Positions 1 through 7,371 of a stretch of DNA of 16,921 nucleotides are shown one piece after another. Position 1 is the stretch's first letter, and every line of letters starts with the position of its first letter. Both the position numbers and the translations under genes were made by a program. This stretch comes from Myxococcota bacterium (GTDB lineage Bacteria > Myxococcota > UBA4151), in contig JBDQPD010000074.1 in NCBI GenBank assembly GCA_040260805.1, forward strand, positions 1 through 16,921, given 5' to 3'. The notes under the pieces were generated by a model. It did not search any database. It saw only the letters and a program-made list of their open reading frames with translations, and was not told the DNA's origin.

Positions 1-1
1 C

Positions 2-709
2 TTGGTTGAGCTCGAGCTGCAATCCGTAGCGGTTGCGGCGCTCGCCGCTGTGGTGACGGATCCCGTAGCCGCCCCTAAAAACACGGTTCAGACACAGCTC
101 GCCTTGGTCTGAGATCAAGCCCGGCGCAGCCGGAGCGGGGTGGTCAGCGAAGGCCTGACGCAGCTGCTCGAGCGCTTGACGGGCGAAGGCTGGCGGGCAG
201 CTCAGCGCGCGCTCATCCAAGGCCAGCTCGCCTCGCTCGTCGCCGCCGTTGCCCAAAATCACCAAAGGGCGCGTAGTCAGGCCGCTTGGCCCACGTGCTG
301 GCGAGGTCGCCGCCATCGAGTGTCCGTCGATGAACAAGGCGTAGCCACCACGCTCAAGGCGCTCGCTCAGCGCCGCATGATAGGGGGCATGCCAGCGCTC
401 GATCCGCCGCAGGATCTCAGCCTCGTCGGGCTCCATGCCCGGAGCGAAGAGCGAGCGCTCATCAAAGTCGACGCGAGGCACCGCGCCTGCTCGGCCACGG
501 TTGCTGGGGCTGCGGTTGGGATCAACCGCCAAGCGAGACCACTCAAAGGGCTGATGATCGACGCCGAGGGTGCTAAAAAGCTCGTCGGTGTAGGCGTCGG
601 ACTGGCTCAGTAAAAAGTCGTGGTCGAGGTCCTCACGAAGGGCGCCCACAAGCTCGCTTGGGAGCCGAGTGCCGCCATGCGGGATACCGATCAAAATCGA
701 GGCGCTCAT
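2..709 (-). CDS. N-formylglutamate amidohydrolase (FGase/HutG-like family), 3' end truncated by the window edge
   Basis: Not in the ORF track; translated by hand. ATG at 709-707 overlaps the TGA of the upstream gene (ATGA). It reads MSASILIGIPHGGTRLP...SDAYTDELF...WSRLAVDPNR...WHAPYHAAL...DGHSMA...LNRVFRGGYG...GLQLELNQ, which matches the family motifs PHxG, DxxxD, SRxxxDxNR, PYH, DxHSM, NxxFxGG and QxExN. The frame stays open to the window edge. Confidence 0.9.
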   Translation of the reverse strand, partial: MSASILIGIPHGGTRLPSELVGALREDLDHDFLLSQSDAYTDELFSTLGVDHQPFEWSRLAVDPNRSPSNRGRAGAVPRVDFDERSLFAPGMEPDEAEILRRIERWHAPYHAALSERLERGGYALFIDGHSMAATSPARGPSGLTTRPLVILGNGGDERGELALDERALSCPPAFARQALEQLRQAFADHPAPAAPGLISDQGELCLNRVFRGGYGIRHHSGERRNRYGLQLELNQ

Positions 710-1155
710 GCGCGGGTCCAGCGCCTGGCTTTAGGAGGCGTCGAGCTGACCGATAAAATCTTTGGCGGGCGCCGCTCTGAGCGAATGATGCGCCCTTGAA
801 AGGTCCCTTCAAGCAGCGCGCCGTGCAGCCTGAGATCAAAAGATGCCATGACCTGATCCTCGACCAAAGGCGCGACCTCGGCGGCGAAACCTAAGCTCTG
901 CAAATACTCGAGCCCCCCGTCGCTTCGCCGCAGCCGGACGCGACCCCAAAGGGCGAAGCCGCTGTAGCGCTCCCAGCCGCCAGGGCGAGGCGCCTGCCCG
1001 CTGACAAAGGGTCCAAACTGACGCAGGTTGATCACTCGGTCTCCGTCGCGCCAGCGACCGCCTATGCGGGTCATTAAACCGCCCAGCAGTGCATAGAGCG
1101 CCCCCAAGCCTAGGGCGACCATCAGAGCGATACGTAGGATCTCGTCGACGTTCAT
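706..1155 (-). CDS. Hypothetical protein with an N-terminal membrane anchor (149 aa)
   Basis: Starts 18 bp after the proS stop, with GGGGT upstream of the ATG. N-terminal hydrophobic segment ILRIALMVALGLGALYALLGGL, followed by a beta-strand-like soluble region. Its stop overlaps the start of the next gene. Confidence 0.75.
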   Translation of the reverse strand: MNVDEILRIALMVALGLGALYALLGGLMTRIGGRWRDGDRVINLRQFGPFVSGQAPRPGGWERYSGFALWGRVRLRRSDGGLEYLQSLGFAAEVAPLVEDQVMASFDLRLHGALLEGTFQGRIIRSERRPPKILSVSSTPPKARRWTRA

Positions 1156-1173
1156 ACGACCCCAAGCTGGGAT

Positions 1174-2895
1174 CTACGCTAAAGCACCGCGCCGGGCGGG
1201 GACAATACGCTCCGTCAAGAAGGCGACCAGCTCGTCGTTGTTCAGGTCAAAGCGCTCGCCGCTCGCTCGCTCAACGATCTCGACCGTGCCGCTCTCGACG
1301 CCCCGTTTCCCAAGGGCCACGCGCCAGGGCAAACCGATCAACTCAGCGTCCTTGAACTTAAAGCCCGGCCGCTCGGGGCGGTCATCAAAGAGCACCTCAA
1401 GCCCGGCGTCGGTGAGCTGCTGGTACAACCCCGAGCAGGCTTCGAGCACTTCGTCTTGTTTGCCTAGAGCGAGCAGGTGCACCTCAAAGGGGGCGAGGGG
1501 AACCGGCCAGCAGATCCCTTGCTCGTCATGGTTTTGCTCGATGCACGCCGCCGCTGTCCGACCAATACCGATGCCGTAGCAGCCCATCTCAAGGGGCGTG
1601 GTCTTGCCGTTGGTGTCGAGCACCGTCGCGTTCATAGCGGTCGAGTACTTGGTGCCGAGGTAGAAGATATGACCCACCTCGATGCCTCGGCGAAGACTGA
1701 GCTTGCCGCTGCCGCAGCGACCGCAGGCGTCGCCCTCATCAGCGATTCGAAGGTCCGCGACTTCGGCGGTGAAGTCACGACCGGGCTGCACCCCCGTGAG
1801 GTGTTGGTCGGCGACGTTGGCGCCGCAGACCGCGTCGCTCAGCGCCATCACCTCGTGATCGGCGATGATCCGGGTGCTGCTCAAACCCACGGGTCCGACA
1901 AAGCCGGCCGGGGCTTGCGTCACGCGCACGACGGTCTCAGGGGTCGCCGGGCGGAGCTCCTCGACGCCGAGCACCACCCGCAGCTTAGGTTCGTTGAGGT
2001 CACGATCGCCACGCATCAGCGCCATCACCGGCTCACCCTCGGTCTCAAAGACCAGGGCTTTGATGAATCGATCGGCGGGGACATTCATGAAGGCGCTCAC
2101 CTCGGCGATGGTGCCCACCTTGGGGGTCTGCACTGCTTCAGGAGCGCCGTCGATAGAGGCATCGCTTGCAGCTGGCGCAGCGAGTTGAGCCTTCTCGACG
2201 TTTGCGGCGTAGCCGCAGCCAGGGCAGGTCGCGAGGGCATCTTCGCCGGTGTCGGCGATGACCTGAAACTCATGCGACAAGCTCCCGCCGATGTTGCCGG
2301 TGTCGGCCTCGACGGGCGCAAAGTTGACTCCGCAGCGCGCGAAGATGCGGCTGTAGACCTCGTGCATTTGCCAGTAACTTTCGCGCGCCCCGTCGGCGTC
2401 GAGATCAAAGGAGTAGGCGTCCTTCATGACGAATTCACGCCCGCGCATCAGCCCAAACCTAGGTCGGATCTCGTCTCGGAATTTGGTCTGCACCTGGTAG
2501 AGGTTAAGCGGCAGCTGGCGATACGATTTGATCTCGCTACCCGCTAGGCTCGTGATGACCTCTTCGTGGGTCGGTCCAAGGCAAAAGTCGCCGCCTTTGC
2601 GGTCTTTGAGACGCAGCAGCTCAGGACCATAAAAGTCCCAGCGACCCGACTCTGACCAGAGCTCAGCGGGGATCACCATGGGCATGTTGACCTCAAGGCA
2701 GCCGACGCGGTCAAGCTCCTCACGCACGATACGTTCGACCTTGCGCAAGACCCGTAAACCCAAGGGCAAGATGGTGTAGATACCGGCTGCGACGCGCCGG
2801 ATCATGCCGGCGCGCATCATCAGCACATGGGACGCAACGGTGGCGTCCGCCGGCGCTTCCTTAGCGGTAGGGAGAAGAAACCGGCTGGCGCGCAT
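1174..2895 (-). CDS. proS: Proline--tRNA ligase, bacterial type with INS (YbaK-like) editing domain
   Basis: SHVLMMRAGMIRRVAAGIY, LWSESGRW, LGPTHEE, motif 2 KFRDEIRPRFGLMRGREFVMKDAYSF, INS domain (FIKALVF, GFVGP, GAN..D.H), GIEVGHIFYLGTKYS, motif 3 MGCYGIGIGR, and anticodon domain DDRPERPGFKFKDAELIG. Confidence 0.99.
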   Translation of the reverse strand: MRASRFLLPTAKEAPADATVASHVLMMRAGMIRRVAAGIYTILPLGLRVLRKVERIVREELDRVGCLEVNMPMVIPAELWSESGRWDFYGPELLRLKDRKGGDFCLGPTHEEVITSLAGSEIKSYRQLPLNLYQVQTKFRDEIRPRFGLMRGREFVMKDAYSFDLDADGARESYWQMHEVYSRIFARCGVNFAPVEADTGNIGGSLSHEFQVIADTGEDALATCPGCGYAANVEKAQLAAPAASDASIDGAPEAVQTPKVGTIAEVSAFMNVPADRFIKALVFETEGEPVMALMRGDRDLNEPKLRVVLGVEELRPATPETVVRVTQAPAGFVGPVGLSSTRIIADHEVMALSDAVCGANVADQHLTGVQPGRDFTAEVADLRIADEGDACGRCGSGKLSLRRGIEVGHIFYLGTKYSTAMNATVLDTNGKTTPLEMGCYGIGIGRTAAACIEQNHDEQGICWPVPLAPFEVHLLALGKQDEVLEACSGLYQQLTDAGLEVLFDDRPERPGFKFKDAELIGLPWRVALGKRGVESGTVEIVERASGERFDLNNDELVAFLTERIVPARRGALA

Positions 2896-2898
2896 GGT

Positions 2899-3357
2899 CT
2901 ATAAGCCGCTCTTGATCTTGAGGGACTTGCCGGTGCGGACCAAAACGATCTCGTTGACGTCGTTGTGGCGCTCCCAGCGGCTGCCGCTGGGTAAGTTGAG
3001 CCGGTAGCGGACGTCAAAGCGCATCCGTGCGGCGATCGAGCCGTCTTTTTCGACGACCTCCACCAGCTTGATCTTCATCATCAGCTCGGCGGTTTGCTCA
3101 AAGCGCTCTTTGAGCTTGGCGCTCAGCTCGGAGCGTCCGTAATCGTTCGCCGTGTCGGAATCACCGACGTCTTCAAAGTAATCGTCGGCGACCAACGCCA
3201 AGACACGATCGGCGTCACGAGCCTGCATCGCGCCGACGTAGGCATCCATAACTGCGGTCACCTCACGGTTGAGCGCGTTGTCTTTGACGTCGTGACCTTT
3301 GATCGGCGTGGCACAAGCCAAGCCAGCGAGTAATATAAGTGAGCAAAGCGCGCGCAT
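2899..3357 (-). CDS. Probable lipoprotein with NTF2/SnoaL-like fold (152 aa)
   Basis: Signal-like N-terminus MRALCSLILLAGLAC with Cys15 (imperfect lipobox). The pattern VMDAYVGAMQARDADRVLALVADDY, followed by beta strands ending in LVRTGKSLKIKS, is typical of NTF2-like proteins. GGAG RBS; ends 3 bp before proS. Confidence 0.7.
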   Translation of the reverse strand: MRALCSLILLAGLACATPIKGHDVKDNALNREVTAVMDAYVGAMQARDADRVLALVADDYFEDVGDSDTANDYGRSELSAKLKERFEQTAELMMKIKLVEVVEKDGSIAARMRFDVRYRLNLPSGSRWERHNDVNEIVLVRTGKSLKIKSGL

Positions 3358-3380
3358 CAGATCTCCGTGATCTTCGCAGG

Positions 3381-3848
3381 TTAGTTGGAACGTAAACGCC
3401 TGATCGCCTTAGCGATTCCACGTGGGCCGATGTAGCCCTCTTTGGAGAGGAATCCCAGCACCTTTGGGCCGCCCATGGCGAGAACTTTGAGGTAACCGTT
3501 GCGCGTTAGCGCAATTAAGCCGGCGTGCAGTTTGACTTGGACCCGCTCGTCGTCGGCTTCACGAAGCAAGCTCTTGAGGAACGAGACCCCAAAGTCGCCA
3601 ACGCTGTCTCCCTGGGTCTCGCAGATCGCCTCAACCGCTTTGGCGCCAAGGATTAAATCAAAATCGGTTTTGGTGCCTGCGCCTGCGACGATGGTGGCGC
3701 CGTCTGCTGTGCGCTCAAAATGATAGGGTTGCTCGTCGCCATGAATGCTGAGCCCGACCTGCGTCCCTCGCCGCAAGGGCTTGGTCGCTGCGCGGCCTGC
3801 AGGGTGCTCATTAAAGATCTTTCGCAGGCTTTCGATCGACTCGCTCAT
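3381..3848 (-). CDS. Hypothetical protein, possibly SCP2 (sterol carrier protein 2)-like fold (155 aa)
   Basis: In-operon ORF with 33 and 23 bp gaps. The segment QVGLSIHGDEQPYHFERTADGATIVAGAGTKTDFDLIL resembles the SCP2 strand-strand-'pD.ti' pattern. The C-terminal helices are basic and amphipathic. The fold call is an inference. Confidence 0.55.
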   Translation of the reverse strand: MSESIESLRKIFNEHPAGRAATKPLRRGTQVGLSIHGDEQPYHFERTADGATIVAGAGTKTDFDLILGAKAVEAICETQGDSVGDFGVSFLKSLLREADDERVQVKLHAGLIALTRNGYLKVLAMGGPKVLGFLSKEGYIGPRGIAKAIRRLRSN

Positions 3849-3881
3849 AGACGTCTTCTCGCAGGAATCGGCGCCCCTTTG

Positions 3882-6041
3882 TCATGGAGTCTGTGGGCTT
3901 GCAAGGACGACGCATGTCGCCTCGGGGTAATGGAAGCGCAGTCTTGCCAGATGCTCACCGAGTCGATCGCGCACGGCCACGTGGTGTTGACTCAGGCTGC
4001 GCCAGCGCCGCGCCGCCAGACACGGCTTCTGCAAACGCTCGGCCTGTTGCGCTAGATAGTGTTCGGTCTCTTTCGCTAGGGTTGGCGGCAAGGGTTGCGC
4101 GCGCAGCCCCCAAAGCTCGGTCGCGCTGATCTCGCCGCGGTTCCCGTAATAACGCATCAACAAATAAGCGACCGCCGCCGCCGCTTGGGTGGGCAGCTGG
4201 TCATAGGCTTTGATCAAGCCCTCACGGACCGCCTTCGCGTTCGCTCCGCTCGTCAGATAAGGGGCGAGCAGGGCGACGCTTTCTCGGTGGTCTAGAGTGA
4301 GCGCTCGGACCAGCAACCCACGGTAGCGATGCTCTGCAGGTGCCGCCGCTAGGGCGCGTTTGAGGTGTTCTTTTGCCCTTGTCCAATCGCCCTGACTGAT
4401 CGCCTCGTCGGCGCGTCGCTCATAGAGGCTCGCCGCCAAGGTGCTCGGGATGCCGCGCTGAATCATTTCGTCCTCGATGGCGCGGCGCGCCTCGGGCAAG
4501 CCTTTGCGATGGAGGTGGTCAGCGAAGCTGCCTAAGGGCCTGCAATCGCCAGACAAGGCCATGACCGCACGGTAGTCGGACTCGATCTCTTGATCGCTGC
4601 GTTCGCCTCGGCGCTGGGCATGCCGCCACGCCGCTTGAACCTCGTTGGGGCAGGCACGTTTGAGCAAGGGCGTGTGGGCGTAGCTTCGCAGCAGATTCCG
4701 CCGCGCGTGGGAGGGCTCAACCGTGCCCTCAAGTTTCCTCAGCCACGCGTGCGCAAGCTCCTGCTCATCGAACCCGGCCGCCGCTAAGCTGCCGCCGTGG
4801 TACGCCTTGAGCAATCGCTGGAGACCGTGCTCCTCGGCGATGAACTGCATGAGACTACCTGCGGCCCGGTAAGCGGTGCGACCTTGCTGCAAACTAAAGC
4901 GCAAACCGAGCAGCGCATCGATTGAGGGCAGGCGACCTCGGCGATGCAAGGCTGCAGCCGCTTGATGCAGGCTCAAACGACCATCACCTGGGGCGAGAAA
5001 GACCGCCATGCCCTCCACTAAGGCGGGGTTGGGCAACGGGGTGAGCGGGACGCCGAGGAAGTTGTCGCTTTGATGCGCTAGGAGGGCATGGACCAGCTCA
5101 TGACGGAGGTGCGGGTCAGGGCTCCGGGTCGGATGCAAATGGATCTCATTTTGCCACGGCCGGGCGATCAGAACATGCCCGGCGCCCATCAGGCGTTTTT
5201 TGGTGTCGGCGTTGGGATAGAGCCAAACGGTCACCGGGGCGGGCGGTAAGGAGGTACCGAGGGTCAGCTCAGACAGGTGGGCGATGTGCGCCTCTGCCTC
5301 GCGGACGATCCGCTGAGCTTGCCGGTCTTGGTCCGGCGCTGCTCTTACGATGATGCCACGTCCGGTGTGGGTTCGAGACAGGGCGTCGTTGAGGTCGGTG
5401 CGGGTGGGCAAGGCGTCGTAGCCCAGACCAAAGCACCCGATCGCGAGCCAAGCCATGTTGACGCCTCGGGAGCCTCGAGCGCGGCTGAACAAGAGCCACG
5501 CAACCGCGGACGACAAGGCGAGCAAGCGACCGAGGATCACCGGACCCTCGATAGGGACCCAGTCGTCGTAAATTGGACCGTGAATATAACCGAGCAGCGG
5601 GTCCAAAACCATCACCTGAGGTTGGTCATACATCCGCCACCCCAAAGCGGCGAGGTCGAGCGCGATCAGCGCGCAACCCGCTAGCGCATAGCGCCAGCCG
5701 GCTAGCCCGAGGCGACCCTGCAGGGTGCGGCCGATCCCAAGCCCAAGGGCAGCGCCCGTCAGGGGACCCAGTACGGTCCAAGCCAAACCACTCAGGGTAT
5801 CGCATCCCCAGATGGACTCGGCGACGAGCGCAAACAGGACCCAGGCGAGCGCATACCCGCGCCAAGCCGATAACGGGCTTCGAGCCGTGATCAGCCCAAA
5901 GACGACACTCAATGCGCTGGTCATGACCGACAAAGGATAACCGAGATGACGCATCGCCGGAGTCTGAGCGAAGATCACCAGCAGGCTCAAGCCGATGAGA
6001 GCCCATGTGATTTCGCTGCGTCGACTTCCGATCCAACTCAT
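3882..6041 (-). CDS. Polytopic membrane protein with a peptidase MA-like (gluzincin) domain and a C-terminal TPR-like region (719 aa)
   Basis: About 6 hydrophobic segments in the first ~210 aa. HELVH (5102-5088) is followed by EGMA (5015-5004), giving the HExxH...E zinc motif. Helical TPR-like C-terminus (GDWTRAKEHLKRALAAAP). RBS AGTGGGGA before the ATG. Confidence 0.8.
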   Translation of the reverse strand: MSWIGSRRSEITWALIGLSLLVIFAQTPAMRHLGYPLSVMTSALSVVFGLITARSPLSAWRGYALAWVLFALVAESIWGCDTLSGLAWTVLGPLTGAALGLGIGRTLQGRLGLAGWRYALAGCALIALDLAALGWRMYDQPQVMVLDPLLGYIHGPIYDDWVPIEGPVILGRLLALSSAVAWLLFSRARGSRGVNMAWLAIGCFGLGYDALPTRTDLNDALSRTHTGRGIIVRAAPDQDRQAQRIVREAEAHIAHLSELTLGTSLPPAPVTVWLYPNADTKKRLMGAGHVLIARPWQNEIHLHPTRSPDPHLRHELVHALLAHQSDNFLGVPLTPLPNPALVEGMAVFLAPGDGRLSLHQAAAALHRRGRLPSIDALLGLRFSLQQGRTAYRAAGSLMQFIAEEHGLQRLLKAYHGGSLAAAGFDEQELAHAWLRKLEGTVEPSHARRNLLRSYAHTPLLKRACPNEVQAAWRHAQRRGERSDQEIESDYRAVMALSGDCRPLGSFADHLHRKGLPEARRAIEDEMIQRGIPSTLAASLYERRADEAISQGDWTRAKEHLKRALAAAPAEHRYRGLLVRALTLDHRESVALLAPYLTSGANAKAVREGLIKAYDQLPTQAAAAVAYLLMRYYGNRGEISATELWGLRAQPLPPTLAKETEHYLAQQAERLQKPCLAARRWRSLSQHHVAVRDRLGEHLARLRFHYPEATCVVLASPQTP

Positions 6042-6136
6042 GTTTCCCCACTCGGCAAGTCATCGCCGAGCGTCAAGCCTTGGTGGCGCAAACTTGACCT
6101 GAGCGCTGGCTTCGCCACCATAGTGGGGGAGATCAG

Positions 6137-6802
6137 ATGAAGCTTGAGTTTGACGGCCTTAATGGTTTGCTTCATACGGCGCTGACCTACTTGTGCCAGG
6201 ATGATTGTGTCATCCCGGGAGGGCCCGCTTTACCCGAGGGCACTCCGGTGCGGCTGGAATTAGTCTACCCCGATGGCGATGAGCCTCTGGTCGTCAGCGG
6301 CAATTCGCTCGGCTTGGACCCTGGCGGTCGCGGTCTGCGGCTTGAGATTCACGACCCGGCTGCGCTGCACCAGGTGATTATGTTGATGGCCCATCTGCAT
6401 TTGGGCCCCTACGTGGCGCGCAAGTTGCTCAGTCGGTTTAGCATGGTCGACCAGCCCGCTGCGGGGCAACCTCAGGTCGCTGCGCCGATGGCCCACGCCT
6501 TGCCGGTGACCGAGCTGCCCCAACTCACCACCGAGACGATCGAGCCAGCCGTTGATGAGGGTACCCGTTTGCCCAGCGTCAGTGATGAGCCAAGGGTCAA
6601 AGACTCGCTGCCGCCGCCGGTGGTCCGTCCGCCGCGCCTGCGCCCGCCTGTGATCCGACCGCCGAGGGTGCGTCCGCCTGCGGTTGCCACCGAGCTCCCG
6701 CAGTTTGGTCGTGAAGAGCCAGAATCTGAGTTGAGCCGAACTGCGATCGCTATCGATCCAAAGTTGATCGCTGATCTCGACGATCTTGACGACGACTACT
6801 AA
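6137..6802 (+). CDS. Degenerate PilZ-like domain protein with a Pro-rich, acidic disordered tail (221 aa)
   Basis: GGGGGAG RBS. The N-terminus ...PALPEGTPVRLELVYPDGDEPLVVSG...GLRLEI resembles myxobacterial PilZ (TIGR02266-type) barrels but lacks RxxxR and D/NxSxxG. The tail contains RPP repeats and ends DLDDLDDDY. Confidence 0.6.
   Translation: MKLEFDGLNGLLHTALTYLCQDDCVIPGGPALPEGTPVRLELVYPDGDEPLVVSGNSLGLDPGGRGLRLEIHDPAALHQVIMLMAHLHLGPYVARKLLSRFSMVDQPAAGQPQVAAPMAHALPVTELPQLTTETIEPAVDEGTRLPSVSDEPRVKDSLPPPVVRPPRLRPPVIRPPRVRPPAVATELPQFGREEPESELSRTAIAIDPKLIADLDDLDDDY
6611..6679 (+). repeat. Intragenic degenerate 15-bp tandem repeat encoding PPPVVRPPRLRPPVIRPPRVRPP
   Basis: Four xxRPP units read directly from the translation. 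Confidence 0.75.
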
Positions 6803-6820
6803 TCGATTCATGGGGCGGTT

Positions 6821-7276
6821 ATGGCTCCACAAATACACATCACATTAACCGACTCAGCGCAGGGCGACGACTCGTTTGTGCCCGCTTATGGAAGCGCTGG
6901 CGCTGCCGGCGCTGATTTGCGTGCCGCCGTGGTTGATCCCCTAGAACTTGCGCCGGGTGACCGGGTCCTGATCCCAACCGGTATCGCCCTTGCGGTGCCC
7001 ATGGGTTTTGAGGCTCAGGTCCGCTCGCGCTCTGGGCTGGCGCTTCGCCACGGATTGTACCTGCCCAATGCGCCGGGAACGATCGACAGTGACTATCGAG
7101 GAGAGGTCGGCGTCATTATGCAAAATGGCGGCAGTGAGACCGTCCGTATCGCTCGTGGTGAGCGGATCGCCCAGCTGGTGATCGCTCCTGTCGCTCAGGC
7201 TCATTTTGAGCCTGTAGAGGATCTCGACGAGACGCTCCGAGGAGCCGGCGGATTTGGCAGCACAGGGCGATCCTGA
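6821..7276 (+). CDS. dut: dUTP diphosphatase (trimeric dUTPase)
   Basis: All five motifs are present: AGADL, RSRSGLA, GTIDSDYRGE, GERIAQLVI and RGAGGFGSTG. Confidence 0.98.
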   Translation: MAPQIHITLTDSAQGDDSFVPAYGSAGAAGADLRAAVVDPLELAPGDRVLIPTGIALAVPMGFEAQVRSRSGLALRHGLYLPNAPGTIDSDYRGEVGVIMQNGGSETVRIARGERIAQLVIAPVAQAHFEPVEDLDETLRGAGGFGSTGRS

Positions 7277-7319
7277 AGTTTGAATTTGGGGTTGTTCGCG
7301 AATCGGGCGTTGTTCCGGT

Positions 7320-7347
7320 TTCACCTCGGCCCGGCTTCTGACATGAT
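7320..7347 (+). promoter_or_regulatory. Possible sigma70-type promoter for the kinase-like gene
   Basis: TTCACC (7320-7325), 16 bp spacer, then CATGAT (7342-7347) preceded by an extended-10 TG (7339-7340), within the 95-bp gap after dut. It overlaps the small palindrome GACAT-G-ATGTC. Weak consensus match. Confidence 0.25.
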
Positions 7348-7371
7348 GTCCGCCAGAGAAAGGCGCACTGA

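Noticed and set aside
140..613. 157-aa plus-strand ORF
   Set aside because: It is the antisense shadow of the minus-strand N-formylglutamate amidohydrolase, which has clear family motifs.
1477..2547. 356-aa plus-strand ORF antisense to proS
   Set aside because: Long antisense ORFs are expected in GC-rich coding DNA. It has no recognisable motifs and lies wholly within proS.
6085..6120. GGCG...CGCCACCA resembling a tRNA acceptor stem with a CCA end
   Set aside because: Only ~36 nt, with no D, anticodon or TTCGA arms. It is explained as one arm of an inverted repeat.
6821..7276. dUTPase as a sign of a prophage or anti-phage island
   Set aside because: It is a canonical housekeeping dut, with no phage, integrase or defence genes nearby.
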